DNA from: Candidatus Versatilivorator vitaminiformans
GTDB lineage: Bacteria > Acidobacteriota > Terriglobia > Versatilivoradales > Versatilivoraceae
DNA: 41,983 bases
Assembly (NCBI GenBank): GCA_027493295.1
Contig: JAPVWS010000464.1
Span: 1-41,983, forward strand
Reading direction: 5' to 3'
Below the pieces are notes generated by a model. That model was given only the letters and a program-made list of their open reading frames with translations, made no database searches and was not told the origin of the DNA. The position numbers and the translations under genes were made by a program. Below, piece after piece: positions 10,765 through 19,089 of this stretch; the stretch's first letter is position 1; each line of letters begins with the position of its first letter.

Positions 10765-11175
10765 CTAAAACTTGACCCCCCGCCATTCGTCCCTGTCGGC
10801 GGTCACGTCCACCACGTTGCCGTCGGGGTCTTCGATCTTGAAGGCGCGATCGGGCAGCCGGCGGCGGTCCAGGTCGATGCGCTCCTTGACGGTCTTGGAG
10901 GCCTCGGCACCCCACTGGCGGCAGCGCTGCCAGGCGGCCTCCAGGTCCTCCACCATGACGCCGAAGTGCATATACTCGTCGCCCTCCTCGATGGTTGGTC
11001 GATCGCAGTCGGCGGGCTGTTGGATCAAGGTGATGTTGGTCACGCCGTCGCTCAGGTCCATGCCCAGCCGGCTGGGCCGATAGCCGATAAACTGCCACCC
11101 GAAGACACTTTCGTAGAAGCGGCGTGACTCCTCCATGTCACGGCAGCGGAGAGCCAGATGACGTATTCGAGCCAT
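10765..11175 (-). CDS. VOC (glyoxalase/bleomycin-resistance/dioxygenase) family protein
   Basis: The 136-aa product has IRHLALRCRDMEESRRFYESVFGW, HFGVMVEDLE and F.IEDPDGN.V, which are classic VOC-fold motifs. Confidence 0.85.
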   Translation of the reverse strand: MARIRHLALRCRDMEESRRFYESVFGWQFIGYRPSRLGMDLSDGVTNITLIQQPADCDRPTIEEGDEYMHFGVMVEDLEAAWQRCRQWGAEASKTVKERIDLDRRRLPDRAFKIEDPDGNVVDVTADRDEWRGVKF

Positions 11176-11265
11176 GATATACCTCCTGAATCAGCCTCTT
11201 CGTGGGTATCTTTTCTCCCCAGAGCCACTTGCAAGATTTAGCAGTGGGACAGTTACCGGGTATGG

Positions 11266-11330
11266 CCACAAAAGGCACAAAAACACAAATTGTGGCTTCT
11301 GTGCTTTTTGTGCCTTTTGTGCTTTTTGTG
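11266..11330. repeat. low-complexity hairpin built from degenerate CACAAAAG/CTTTTGTG units
   Basis: ccacaaaaggcacaaaaacac (11266..11286) pairs imperfectly with gtgctttttgtgccttttgtg (11301..11321). The right arm is a short tandem array (gtgctttttgt / gccttttgt / gctttttgtgg). The region is intergenic. Confidence 0.7.
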
Positions 11331-11469
11331 GTTAGACAGCATTTTTTGCAATTCCACCCGATATTGAAAAAGGCAGAACCTCAGGTTTGCCGGCAAGATG
11401 ACCTGCGCCACTGCGAATTCTGCAAAAAAGCTCCCGAGCCTGTCGATCTTCGGCTGAGGCGCGGTCGCG

Positions 11470-12813
11470 CTATATCAGCTCTTCGATCGGCCGGCCGGTG
11501 GTGTCGTCGAAGGAGTTGGCGATCTTGATGGGCCGGCCCACCGGGGTCATGTATTCCTTGGTCCAGTCGATTCCCATGGCCTTGTAAATGGTGGCGAAGA
11601 CGTCTCCCACCGAGATGGGACGCTCGGCCACGTATCCGCCCCTCTCGTCGCTGGCTCCGATGACCTGTCCCCCCTGCAATCCCCCTCCGCCCAGGACCAT
11701 GGACCAGCAGAAGGGCCAGTGGTCGCGGCCGTTGATAGGGTTGATCTCCGGGGTGCGGCCGAACTCGCCCATGGCCATCACGATGGTGGACTCCAGCAGC
11801 CCGCGCTGCTCCAGGTCCACCAGCAGAGCCGTCAGGGTCTGGTCAAGAGTGGGGCACAGCAGGGCCCGCAGCTTCTTGTCGTTCTCTCCTCCCGACCCCC
11901 GGCCGTGGGTATCCCAACCGCTGTCCAGATTGTAGCCGGCCGCGGTGACGAAGCGAGAGCCGGCTTCCACCAGGCGCCGGGCCAGCAGGGCGCTCTGTCC
12001 GAATCCGTATCGGCCGTAGGCATCCTTGGTCGTCTCCGACTCTTGAGAAAGATCGAAGGCCTTCTTCATGGCCGGAGAAAGGATCATCTCCATGGCCTTG
12101 TCCCGAAAGGTCTCCCGCGCCGCCCCTTCCGTCAGGACCTCCTTGCGGCGGTAGAGATCGTCCACCACCTGCAGAAAACCGCGGCGATCCTCGATCCGCT
12201 TCTCGGTGATGGATTTGGGAAGTGTGAGGTCCTTGAGCTTGAAGTCCTTCTTGCTGGGATCGGGGACCACCAGCGGATTGTAGGCGGCTCCCAGGGAAGA
12301 CGCTCCATAGTAGCTCTGGGTGAGATGGGGCGCGCCCAGCACGTAGGGAGGAATGTCGTTGCGAGGCCCCAGTTCCCTGGCAATGATGGACCCCACGCTG
12401 GCAAACTCCATGGCCGGGGCCGGGCGGTGACCGCTGGTGATGTACTCCCGGCCCAGGGGATGGTCCACTTCCTCGTGGGTCATGGAGCGAATGATGGACA
12501 GCTTGTCCATGTGGCGGGCCATCCGAGGCAGGATCTCGGAAACCTGGATTCCGGGCACGTTGGTGCCGATGGGCCGGAAACCGCTGCTGGGTTTCGGATC
12601 CCAGGTGTCGACCTGGCTGGGCCCCCCTTCCAGCAGGAGCAGGATACAGGCCTGGGCCTTGGCCGGGGAGGCCTTGACACCCGAAGCAGCCATCAGGCCC
12701 TTCATTTCGAGATACTGGCCCAGGTGGATCCCCACCAGGCTCAGAGAACCCACCCGCAGAAAGTGCCGGCGAGCCAGGCTCTCGCAGAAACTGTCGCATC
12801 CCCATCGGTTCAT
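11470..12813 (-). CDS. DUF1501 domain protein (sulfatase-like fold, Tat-type leader)
   Basis: RRHFLRVGSLSLVG leader, then blocks typical of DUF1501 proteins: LEGGPSQVDTWDPKP, GWDTH, GEFGRTP.IN...GRDHW and G.V.G.SD..G. Confidence 0.9.
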   Translation of the reverse strand: MNRWGCDSFCESLARRHFLRVGSLSLVGIHLGQYLEMKGLMAASGVKASPAKAQACILLLLEGGPSQVDTWDPKPSSGFRPIGTNVPGIQVSEILPRMARHMDKLSIIRSMTHEEVDHPLGREYITSGHRPAPAMEFASVGSIIARELGPRNDIPPYVLGAPHLTQSYYGASSLGAAYNPLVVPDPSKKDFKLKDLTLPKSITEKRIEDRRGFLQVVDDLYRRKEVLTEGAARETFRDKAMEMILSPAMKKAFDLSQESETTKDAYGRYGFGQSALLARRLVEAGSRFVTAAGYNLDSGWDTHGRGSGGENDKKLRALLCPTLDQTLTALLVDLEQRGLLESTIVMAMGEFGRTPEINPINGRDHWPFCWSMVLGGGGLQGGQVIGASDERGGYVAERPISVGDVFATIYKAMGIDWTKEYMTPVGRPIKIANSFDDTTGRPIEELI

Positions 12814-12835
12814 GACCGGGACTCTCCTTATGAGT

Positions 12836-15304
12836 TCAGTGGTTGTTCAGGAACTGTTCCGAGTTCACCACGGCCCACAGCAGATCCTCCACCGCCTCTC
12901 GCCGTGAATCCTGCCGCCGGATCATGTCTTTCAGCGCGGCCTGCTCGGCTTCCGTCGGGAAGCGGCACAGGGCGGCCAGGTACAGCTCTTCAATGATGGC
13001 CTCATCGGAAGCTTTATGCTGCAGCAGGCGGTCCACCCGTCCGCCCTCCCGGGAGAGCTTGGCGGTGAAGGTCGGACCCGCCAACTGGTGCAGGGCCTGC
13101 AGCAGGCTGGGCTTCATGTCGCGTTCGGGAATAAAGCTCAGGTCGGGCTTCCCGTAGACGTTGAAGAAGTTTCCGTCTTCTCCCTTCACGCCGCTCACGT
13201 GGGAGATGGCCCTCAAGAGCACCTCGGTGTCCAGGGGGCGTGGAAGCGCCCTGGAATAGTTGACCCGATCGTAGCGGTTGGTGGGGTTGGGATCTCCCGA
13301 TAGCTGATAGGTCCTGGACTCCACCATGAGACGAATGAGGGAACGCAGATCGTAGCCGCTCCTGACAAAGTAGCGGGCCAGGGCCTCCAGCAGCCGGGGA
13401 TGGGTGGCCAGGTTGTTGGAGCGAAAGTCATCCACCGGATCCACGATCCCCCTTCCGAAGAAATAGCCCCACATGCGGTTGGCCATGGCCGGGGCGAAGT
13501 AGGGGTTTTCCGGCGAGGTCATCCACTCGGCCAGCGCCAGCCGCCAGTCCTCCCTCCGGTCCTCGGGCACGGGACTTCCGTCCAGGAACCTGGGCTGAAC
13601 CTCCTGCTTGGTGCGGGGATGAATGACCTTGGCCCCCTTGCCGAAGGTCCCGTAGCCTTCGGGATCGTCCACGATCACGAAATCCACCTGGGGGAATCCC
13701 GGATGGAGGTTGCTGAGCCGCCCGAAGAAGGCGGTCAGACCCCAGAACTGATTCTGGCTCCAGGACTCGTAGGGGTGGTCGTGGCACTGGGCGCAGTCCA
13801 TCCGCCGACCCAGGAAGACCCGGACCTGCTCCCCCATGGCATTCTGCGGCAGAGGCACGGCCGTGCCTCCCATATCCTCGTAGTGGCGGGAGGGACCGTC
13901 GAAACCCTGGGCGGCCACCCGCTCCCGGGCGAACTGGTCGTAGGGCTTGTTCTCGGCAATGGCCCGGCGAACCCAGTCCTTGTAGACCGGGCTGATCACC
14001 CGCAGGAAGTCGTAGAAGCGCCAGGACCAGTGGTCCACGAACTCGGGCGATCGCAGCAGCAGGCCGATGAGCCGGCTCCGCTTCTGCGGGTCCGGGTCGG
14101 CCAGGAACCGGCGCACGCGATGAACGGGAGGCAGCCTGCCGGTCAGGTCCAGGCAGAGACGCCGCAGAAACTCGGCGTCGGAGGAGAGCGGCGAGGGAAC
14201 CAGGTGAAATTTGCGGGCCTTGGCGAAGACATGGTCGTCAATGAAGTTGTGGCGGGGAACCTCGGGGTAGGCCGCCACCGGCTCCTCGATTACACCCACG
14301 GTGGCGCTGGCGCTCTGCCCGCCGGCCAGCACCTGGATGGAGGTCTCGCCCACGCGCCGCCCCGTCAACCGGCCATCGGGTCCCACCGAAACCACTTCGG
14401 GGTTGTTGGACAGGTAACGCACCTGGCGGGTGAAATCCTCCCGGGTGCCGTCAGCCCAATGGGCGGTGACCAGCAGTTGCCTAGTCCCTCCCGTCTGCAA
14501 CACCACCTGACCGGGCGTGACCGCCACCCGCTCCAGCGCCGTGGATCGAGAGCCATTCCTGGACCCGTAGACCGCGCCCCCGGCGACCCAGTCCCGGATG
14601 CGCCCATAGTCGGGGGAGTCTTTCCGGAGCCGTTGGCCGCCCCCGTGGGGCACCTCCAAGCTGGCCTTGAGCAGCAACAGACTCTGATCGGGATCCTCCA
14701 TGTGGATCCGGGGCACCTTCTCGCCGGTCTCGGCCGTGAGGACGTGGAAGGCGCCGCCCTCCACGATCCAGCCGTAATCTTCCCGGGGAGCGGTGGCGTT
14801 CTTGGAGAGCTTGAACCCGCCCTGTCCGGTGACGCTGCCGTGACACTCGGTGCTGTTACAGCCCCGCTTGGTGAGAATCCTGGAGATGTCGCGATCGAAA
14901 CGGAGGGGAGGGCTCACGGCCGAATCCCGCACCTGCACGGCCGCTTGCAGAACCTGACCCGAAGACTGGACGGTCAGCAGCGTTTGCCCGTCGGATCGCG
15001 CCCTCACCCGGCCCCGGGCATCGATCTCGGCCAAGGCGGGATCGGCAAGGGTGAATCGGCTGCCCTCGGTCAGGTCACGCTCCAGACCGTCGGCATAGGT
15101 TCCGATGACCAGAAGCTGCTGGGCAGCGCCCTTGCCCCGCAGTCGCACCTCTTCGGGCAGGAGCCTGACGGAAAGCAGGCGGGCGGCGGGGGACAGCTCT
15201 GCGCCCCTCTTAAGGCCGGCGGACCCAAGAGTCGCCGGCCAGCCCAACAGTCCTATCAACAAGCCGATAGTGCAGAGATCGGACCGGGGGAGAATTCTCC
15301 CCAT
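12836..15304 (-). CDS. DUF1549/DUF1553 (PSCyt2/PSD1) protein with Ig-like (Big_2-type) domains
   Basis: GCNSTECHGS...GQGGFKLS, DCAQCHDHPYE..SQNQFWGL.AFF, NR.WG.FFGRGIVDP.DDF and a C-terminus ending DLLWAVVNSEQFLNNH are characteristic of this family. Two Ig-like segments flank the first Cys motif. ATG 15304 has an AAAGGAG SD 8 nt upstream; ATGs at 15334 and 15343 are alternatives. Confidence 0.88.
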   Translation of the reverse strand: MGRILPRSDLCTIGLLIGLLGWPATLGSAGLKRGAELSPAARLLSVRLLPEEVRLRGKGAAQQLLVIGTYADGLERDLTEGSRFTLADPALAEIDARGRVRARSDGQTLLTVQSSGQVLQAAVQVRDSAVSPPLRFDRDISRILTKRGCNSTECHGSVTGQGGFKLSKNATAPREDYGWIVEGGAFHVLTAETGEKVPRIHMEDPDQSLLLLKASLEVPHGGGQRLRKDSPDYGRIRDWVAGGAVYGSRNGSRSTALERVAVTPGQVVLQTGGTRQLLVTAHWADGTREDFTRQVRYLSNNPEVVSVGPDGRLTGRRVGETSIQVLAGGQSASATVGVIEEPVAAYPEVPRHNFIDDHVFAKARKFHLVPSPLSSDAEFLRRLCLDLTGRLPPVHRVRRFLADPDPQKRSRLIGLLLRSPEFVDHWSWRFYDFLRVISPVYKDWVRRAIAENKPYDQFARERVAAQGFDGPSRHYEDMGGTAVPLPQNAMGEQVRVFLGRRMDCAQCHDHPYESWSQNQFWGLTAFFGRLSNLHPGFPQVDFVIVDDPEGYGTFGKGAKVIHPRTKQEVQPRFLDGSPVPEDRREDWRLALAEWMTSPENPYFAPAMANRMWGYFFGRGIVDPVDDFRSNNLATHPRLLEALARYFVRSGYDLRSLIRLMVESRTYQLSGDPNPTNRYDRVNYSRALPRPLDTEVLLRAISHVSGVKGEDGNFFNVYGKPDLSFIPERDMKPSLLQALHQLAGPTFTAKLSREGGRVDRLLQHKASDEAIIEELYLAALCRFPTEAEQAALKDMIRRQDSRREAVEDLLWAVVNSEQFLNNH

Positions 15305-15351
15305 CCGCCCCGGACTCCTTTTCCCTGTTCTCATCCTGTCCATGCGGTCCT

Positions 15352-17352
15352 TCAGTTGCCCGGAGAAAGCACCTGGCTGACGGCCGGTCCGCCCTCCGCG
15401 GGATGGAGCACCATCATGGGGATTCGGGCCACGGGTATCGATGCTCCCATCTGTCCCTCCCAGATGGGCCGAAAGGGATCCTCCCCGGTCATCTTGCGAT
15501 AGCGGTTCAGCCGGCCGGGTTGAACCGGACGCAGGTGGAACCGGAGCCACCGGGGAGTGGCCGTTGGGGGCGCGTCCGGACGAACCGCCAGCAGCAGGGT
15601 GACCACCTGGTCTTCCGCGGCAAAGACCTCCTTGCGGCCCTGGTCCTGGGGCAGTCCCAGCTCCGGCCCCATATCGGCTCCCGGTAGCACCTCGACCCCC
15701 TCCGGGAGGTTGTCCACCGAGACCGCCAGGTCTCCGGCAAACCCCTCCTCCCGGCTGATAATGACGCTCACCTTCTTGGCCTCGCCGGGATAGAGATTGA
15801 CTCGATCCAGCTCGATCATCCAATCGAGCATTTCCCGGCCCAGAATGTTCAGAACCTCCGCCACCTCGACCTCGCCCACATGGGGCACCTGGGGACGCAC
15901 CAGGAGCCGATAGCGGAAACCGGCCCCGCCCTTGCGGCGGGTCACATCCCGAACCCGGATCAGGTAGGATCCGCTCTCCGGGAGGCTGAAGACCATCTTG
16001 GACTCTGCCGTCTTCCAGAACCACATGTTCTGGGAGGCCTGCCGCTTGTAAATGTTGTTGACCAGTTCCCGGCCTGCCTCATCGACGACCTCGATGCGCG
16101 GATTGAAGTAGGGATAGTGGCGCTCGGGAGTCTCGATCTCGAAAGCCAGGTCCAGCGCCTCCTCCAATTCGAAACGGAAGTGGTCCACGTCGGCGGGAAA
16201 GTCGATGGCTCCCTCGACAATGGAGGGAATGGCAACGGTGAGGGCCTGCCTGGCAGCGTCGTTGGGCTCCTGTTCCTGGACAATGGCGGCTGGGCCGGCG
16301 GCGGCAGGGCCGGTCGGGCTCTCCTCGCCGCTCAGACCCATCAGGTCCCTAAGCTGCTTTTCCAATACGGCCAGTGTAGCCTGGCGGGCCGATCCTCCCG
16401 ATCGAGCCTGCAATCGGACCAGGCGGTCCGACTCCAGCCTGCGGGTGAAACCTCGCTCCTGCCATCGGTTCGCGGCCAGCTTGTCAAGGCCCTGGGCCCG
16501 GACCAGCGGAGGAAAGTCGGCGGGCGCACCGATTTGCAACTGGTAGGTGGCGCCCGGCTCCCCCTTGACTCCCAAGGTGTACCAGCCGCCCTTTGCGAAA
16601 CGGTGGATCAGCCTGGGCTTGTAGGCCGAGATGAACTTGTGAAAGACGGCGGTATTGGCGGCGCCCAGCTTCACTCGGCGCTCGGCATCGAACCAGCTCT
16701 CGCCGGGCCCGGAGAGTTCCAGAGAAAACCCCGGAGCCCTCCGGAGGTCCCCCCACAAACGCTGCACGCCTTCCACCACCTCGAAGGCCAACTCCTGGTC
16801 CGGTCGGGCCTCGAACCGGTAGAAATCGACCTGACCCTCTTCGGCAATCCGCCCGCTGAGGGCCGAGGGAACGGCTATGGACTGAGCTTCCTTCGCAGTC
16901 CCATGCTCCTCGGCCGTCTCCTGGAGGGTGGGCATGGGAACCACCCAGAAGATCAGCTCGTTCGAGACGCCCTTGGACGAAACCAGCCTCAAGGCGTGGG
17001 GGCCCCGTTTGGCTCCCGGGTCGATATTGACGGCCGCCACCACCCTTTGCCCCGGGATGTCCTTGACCTTGCGCCCCTCCTTCATCCTGGCCGAGCCGGG
17101 CTCCACCCGGACTACCCGACCCTGGATGGCGTCGGTGTCGGCCCAGAGGGCTCTGGCCCCCTCCAGATTCCTTCCCAGGATCTCGATCTCCACACTGCTC
17201 CCCGGCTGCCCGCCCAGAGGAAACATGTGGATGGCTTCAGGATCGGTGGGCTGGAGCCCGGCGGCGCCGGATTCAGCCTGCGGAACTCCCGACAGGAGAA
17301 GCGCAATAACCACACAACCCCAATATCCTGCAGCCTTTCGCCGGAATGCCAC
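15352..17352 (-). CDS. secreted protein with two pre-peptidase C-terminal (PPC)-like domains
   Basis: Two segments have the PPC pattern (EA..IA.P....G.I...G.VDFYRFEA and EPNDAARQAL....PSIVEGAI.FP.DVDHFRFE). The signal-like N-terminus is AFRRKAAGYWGCVVIALLLSGVPQA. Start chosen at GTG 17352, which has GAGG 7 nt upstream; GTG 17373 is the ORF-track start. Confidence 0.7.
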   Translation of the reverse strand: MAFRRKAAGYWGCVVIALLLSGVPQAESGAAGLQPTDPEAIHMFPLGGQPGSSVEIEILGRNLEGARALWADTDAIQGRVVRVEPGSARMKEGRKVKDIPGQRVVAAVNIDPGAKRGPHALRLVSSKGVSNELIFWVVPMPTLQETAEEHGTAKEAQSIAVPSALSGRIAEEGQVDFYRFEARPDQELAFEVVEGVQRLWGDLRRAPGFSLELSGPGESWFDAERRVKLGAANTAVFHKFISAYKPRLIHRFAKGGWYTLGVKGEPGATYQLQIGAPADFPPLVRAQGLDKLAANRWQERGFTRRLESDRLVRLQARSGGSARQATLAVLEKQLRDLMGLSGEESPTGPAAAGPAAIVQEQEPNDAARQALTVAIPSIVEGAIDFPADVDHFRFELEEALDLAFEIETPERHYPYFNPRIEVVDEAGRELVNNIYKRQASQNMWFWKTAESKMVFSLPESGSYLIRVRDVTRRKGGAGFRYRLLVRPQVPHVGEVEVAEVLNILGREMLDWMIELDRVNLYPGEAKKVSVIISREEGFAGDLAVSVDNLPEGVEVLPGADMGPELGLPQDQGRKEVFAAEDQVVTLLLAVRPDAPPTATPRWLRFHLRPVQPGRLNRYRKMTGEDPFRPIWEGQMGASIPVARIPMMVLHPAEGGPAVSQVLSPGN

Positions 17353-17385
17353 GGCTTCGCCTCGATGGAACACGGATCTGGCGAA

Positions 17386-17414
17386 AGTATACCGGAGTGA
17401 GCCCCTCGTCTCAA
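17386..17414 (-). promoter_or_regulatory. candidate sigma-70 promoter for the PPC / DUF1553 / DUF1501 genes
   Basis: On the minus strand, TTGAGA (17414..17409), a 17-nt spacer, then TATACT (17391..17386). This lies 13 to 34 nt upstream of the two candidate GTG starts. Confidence 0.35.
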
Positions 17415-17460
17415 TCTTCGAGGATCATCCGCGAAGGGCTGCGAACGGAAAAGAGGAATC

Positions 17461-17500
17461 CACCAAGGAACACGAAGGACAACGAAGACACACGAAGAAG
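17461..17500. repeat. degenerate CACGAAG-unit low-complexity tract
   Basis: caccaaggaacacgaaggacaacgaagacacacgaagaag is the same style of purine-rich CAC(A/G)AAG units as 11266..11330, but without a matching second arm. Confidence 0.5.
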
Positions 17501-17571
17501 AATTGACTGCCTTCGCCGACATGCGGCGCCAAAATTCTTCGGCATTATCGAGACGGTGGCGGGCATGAATA

Positions 17572-17687
17572 GGGGACGTTGTTGAATTACTGGAATAACT
17601 TCGATCGGCCGCTGTTGAATTGCTTTGATTCAGTAACGTCTCCTACTGGCTCTTTACAGGTTATTCCAGTAATTCAACAACGTCCCC
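17572..17687. repeat. 116-bp palindromic element with perfect 28-bp terminal inverted repeats (MITE-like or structured RNA)
   Basis: ggggacgttgttgaattactggaataac (17572..17599) is the exact reverse complement of 17660..17687, with a 60-nt spacer. Hand-counted GC is about 45%, below the flanking sequence. Imperfect extra pairing is possible outside the arms (gggcat / atgccc). Confidence 0.9.
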
Positions 17688-17851
17688 GGCGCTCAAGGTT
17701 TATGCCCCTTCGCTGCGGCAGCGATTGAATGCATGCTTCAATGCGGCACTTGAAGGGTCCATTGCCAATTTCAGCAGCGTTGATCGCTTCAGGGCGAAGT
17801 GCATGTGAACATCTCGGCGGTGTCAATCCGGAAGGGTGGAGCGAAGGACTT

Positions 17852-18997
17852 TCAATTCAGACTCGACATGAAGCCCCGGGTGCTTCCGGATTTCCCCAGT
17901 TGTTCCACCACCTTCTCAATCAGGGAAATGAACCGGGACTCCATTGCGCCGGTTCGGGTCAAGATTGTGCCGTTCTCGTCGGCCAGCACGTAGGTAGGAT
18001 AGGATCTGGTACCCAGTAAACGCCCGAGGTCACTCTCCTTGCCCGCGTGCCAGTTCGTCCAAGGCATGGGTTCTTCCTGAATAAACCTGGTCACGGTCCC
18101 AAGCTCCTCGTCCGCGCTGATCGCGACCAGAGCGAACCGGTCCGCCGGCAGCTCGGCAACCAGTTCCCGAAGCTTCGGCAGATGTGCGATGCACGGCCCG
18201 CACCAGGTTGCCCAGAAATTGAGCAGCACGATGCGGCCCCGATAGTCCGACAGTGCTTCCTCGATGCCGTCGAGCCGCCTGCCCATCACGTCCGGCAAGG
18301 TGCGGGGCCGTAGGCTGCGAAATACCTCCGCCTCCGTGCCTGCCAACGCTTGAGATATTGGAGTGCCGGCAGCGTAGACCTGCATGATCTTCTCCTCCTT
18401 CCACGCAAGGTCATCGATCTTGTAGTCTTCCGGAATCTTGAAGACCGATGGTTCAGGCTCGGCGTACCGGATGTCGTAGAGTTCTCTGACTTGCCTTCCT
18501 CGACCCGAGCTGGTCTCCGTTTTGACCCTCAGGTTAGCGTCTTTCGCCACCCAGACTTTGCCGGCAGACTCCTCTGAATTGCCCGGGGACAAGACAGGCA
18601 TTGCCAGGCAATCGAGCCCTGCAATGACTCCTTCGTCAACTGCCTTGTCAGGCCTTAACACAAAAGGGCGGAACGGGCCTGGCCGGACCTGTTTAAGGGT
18701 TGCTTCCTTGAGATGGTGGTTCAAAACATAGGTTCTTCGAGTCGAGGAATCCATGAGAGTCGATCTATGCATTCTGCGATTCTTCCCTTTGACTCGCGCC
18801 ATGGTATCCAGCACCGAACCGGAGGAGGAACGGAAGTAGGTGCCCTCCTCCCGCATGACCTCCATTTCGCTTCCATCGGACTGAATGAGGTAGTGAACGC
18901 TTCGCTGCTTGGCGATTACGGGCACGAATTGAGCCCGCAGCTCGGTCTCCCAGCAGAACACAAAAACCAGGCAAGTGACCAAAGTGGTGATTTTCAT
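17852..18997 (-). CDS. secreted fusion protein: unknown N-terminal domain (paralog of 21980..22618) plus a C-terminal TlpA/ResA-like thioredoxin
   Basis: Signal peptide MKITTLVTCLVFVFCW. Residues about 25..200 share motifs with the 212-aa protein upstream of the repressor. The C-terminus has the thiol-disulfide oxidoreductase signature (VLLNFWATWCGPC....P.L, SYPTYVL.D..G). GAGAGGTG SD upstream of ATG 18997. Confidence 0.85.
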   Translation of the reverse strand: MKITTLVTCLVFVFCWETELRAQFVPVIAKQRSVHYLIQSDGSEMEVMREEGTYFRSSSGSVLDTMARVKGKNRRMHRSTLMDSSTRRTYVLNHHLKEATLKQVRPGPFRPFVLRPDKAVDEGVIAGLDCLAMPVLSPGNSEESAGKVWVAKDANLRVKTETSSGRGRQVRELYDIRYAEPEPSVFKIPEDYKIDDLAWKEEKIMQVYAAGTPISQALAGTEAEVFRSLRPRTLPDVMGRRLDGIEEALSDYRGRIVLLNFWATWCGPCIAHLPKLRELVAELPADRFALVAISADEELGTVTRFIQEEPMPWTNWHAGKESDLGRLLGTRSYPTYVLADENGTILTRTGAMESRFISLIEKVVEQLGKSGSTRGFMSSLN

Positions 18998-19089
18998 GCA
19001 ACACCTCTCTTTCTCTCGCTAACACTACCAGGCTGAGTGAATCGCCGGCGGTTGTGACTCGAACTTGGCTCCGAGTCCGCTTTTTCCCC

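Noticed and set aside
11202-11528. The 108-aa ORF spanning the VOC/DUF1501 spacer
   Set aside because: Its hydrophobic core (VASVLFVPFVLFVV) is simply the translation of the CTTTTGTG repeat hairpin. Its 3' end runs antisense into the DUF1501 gene.
13400-15502. The 700-aa ORF on the plus strand opposite the DUF1549/DUF1553 gene. The same applies to 28129..30252 (+), 33170..34729 (-), 40513..41727 (-), 15880..17400 (+), 11719..12996 (+) and 8184..9497 (+).
   Set aside because: All are antisense to genes with strong family signatures. They are Gly/Pro/Arg/His-rich and have no recognisable domains.
17572-17687. The 28-nt repeats as a minimal CRISPR array or an integron attC site
   Set aside because: There are only two copies and they are inverted rather than direct, so this is not a CRISPR array. 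The outer ends do not fit the attC R''/R' cores (RYYYAAC / GTTRRRY), and no integron integrase is nearby.
17731-17753. A 20-of-23-nt match between 17731..17753 and 19189..19211 (the end of the sigma region-4 fragment), which hinted at a second sigma remnant
   Set aside because: A rough estimate gives several matches of this quality by chance among all position pairs on both strands in 42 kb. The translated similarity beyond the short core is weak (about 7 of 28 residues).
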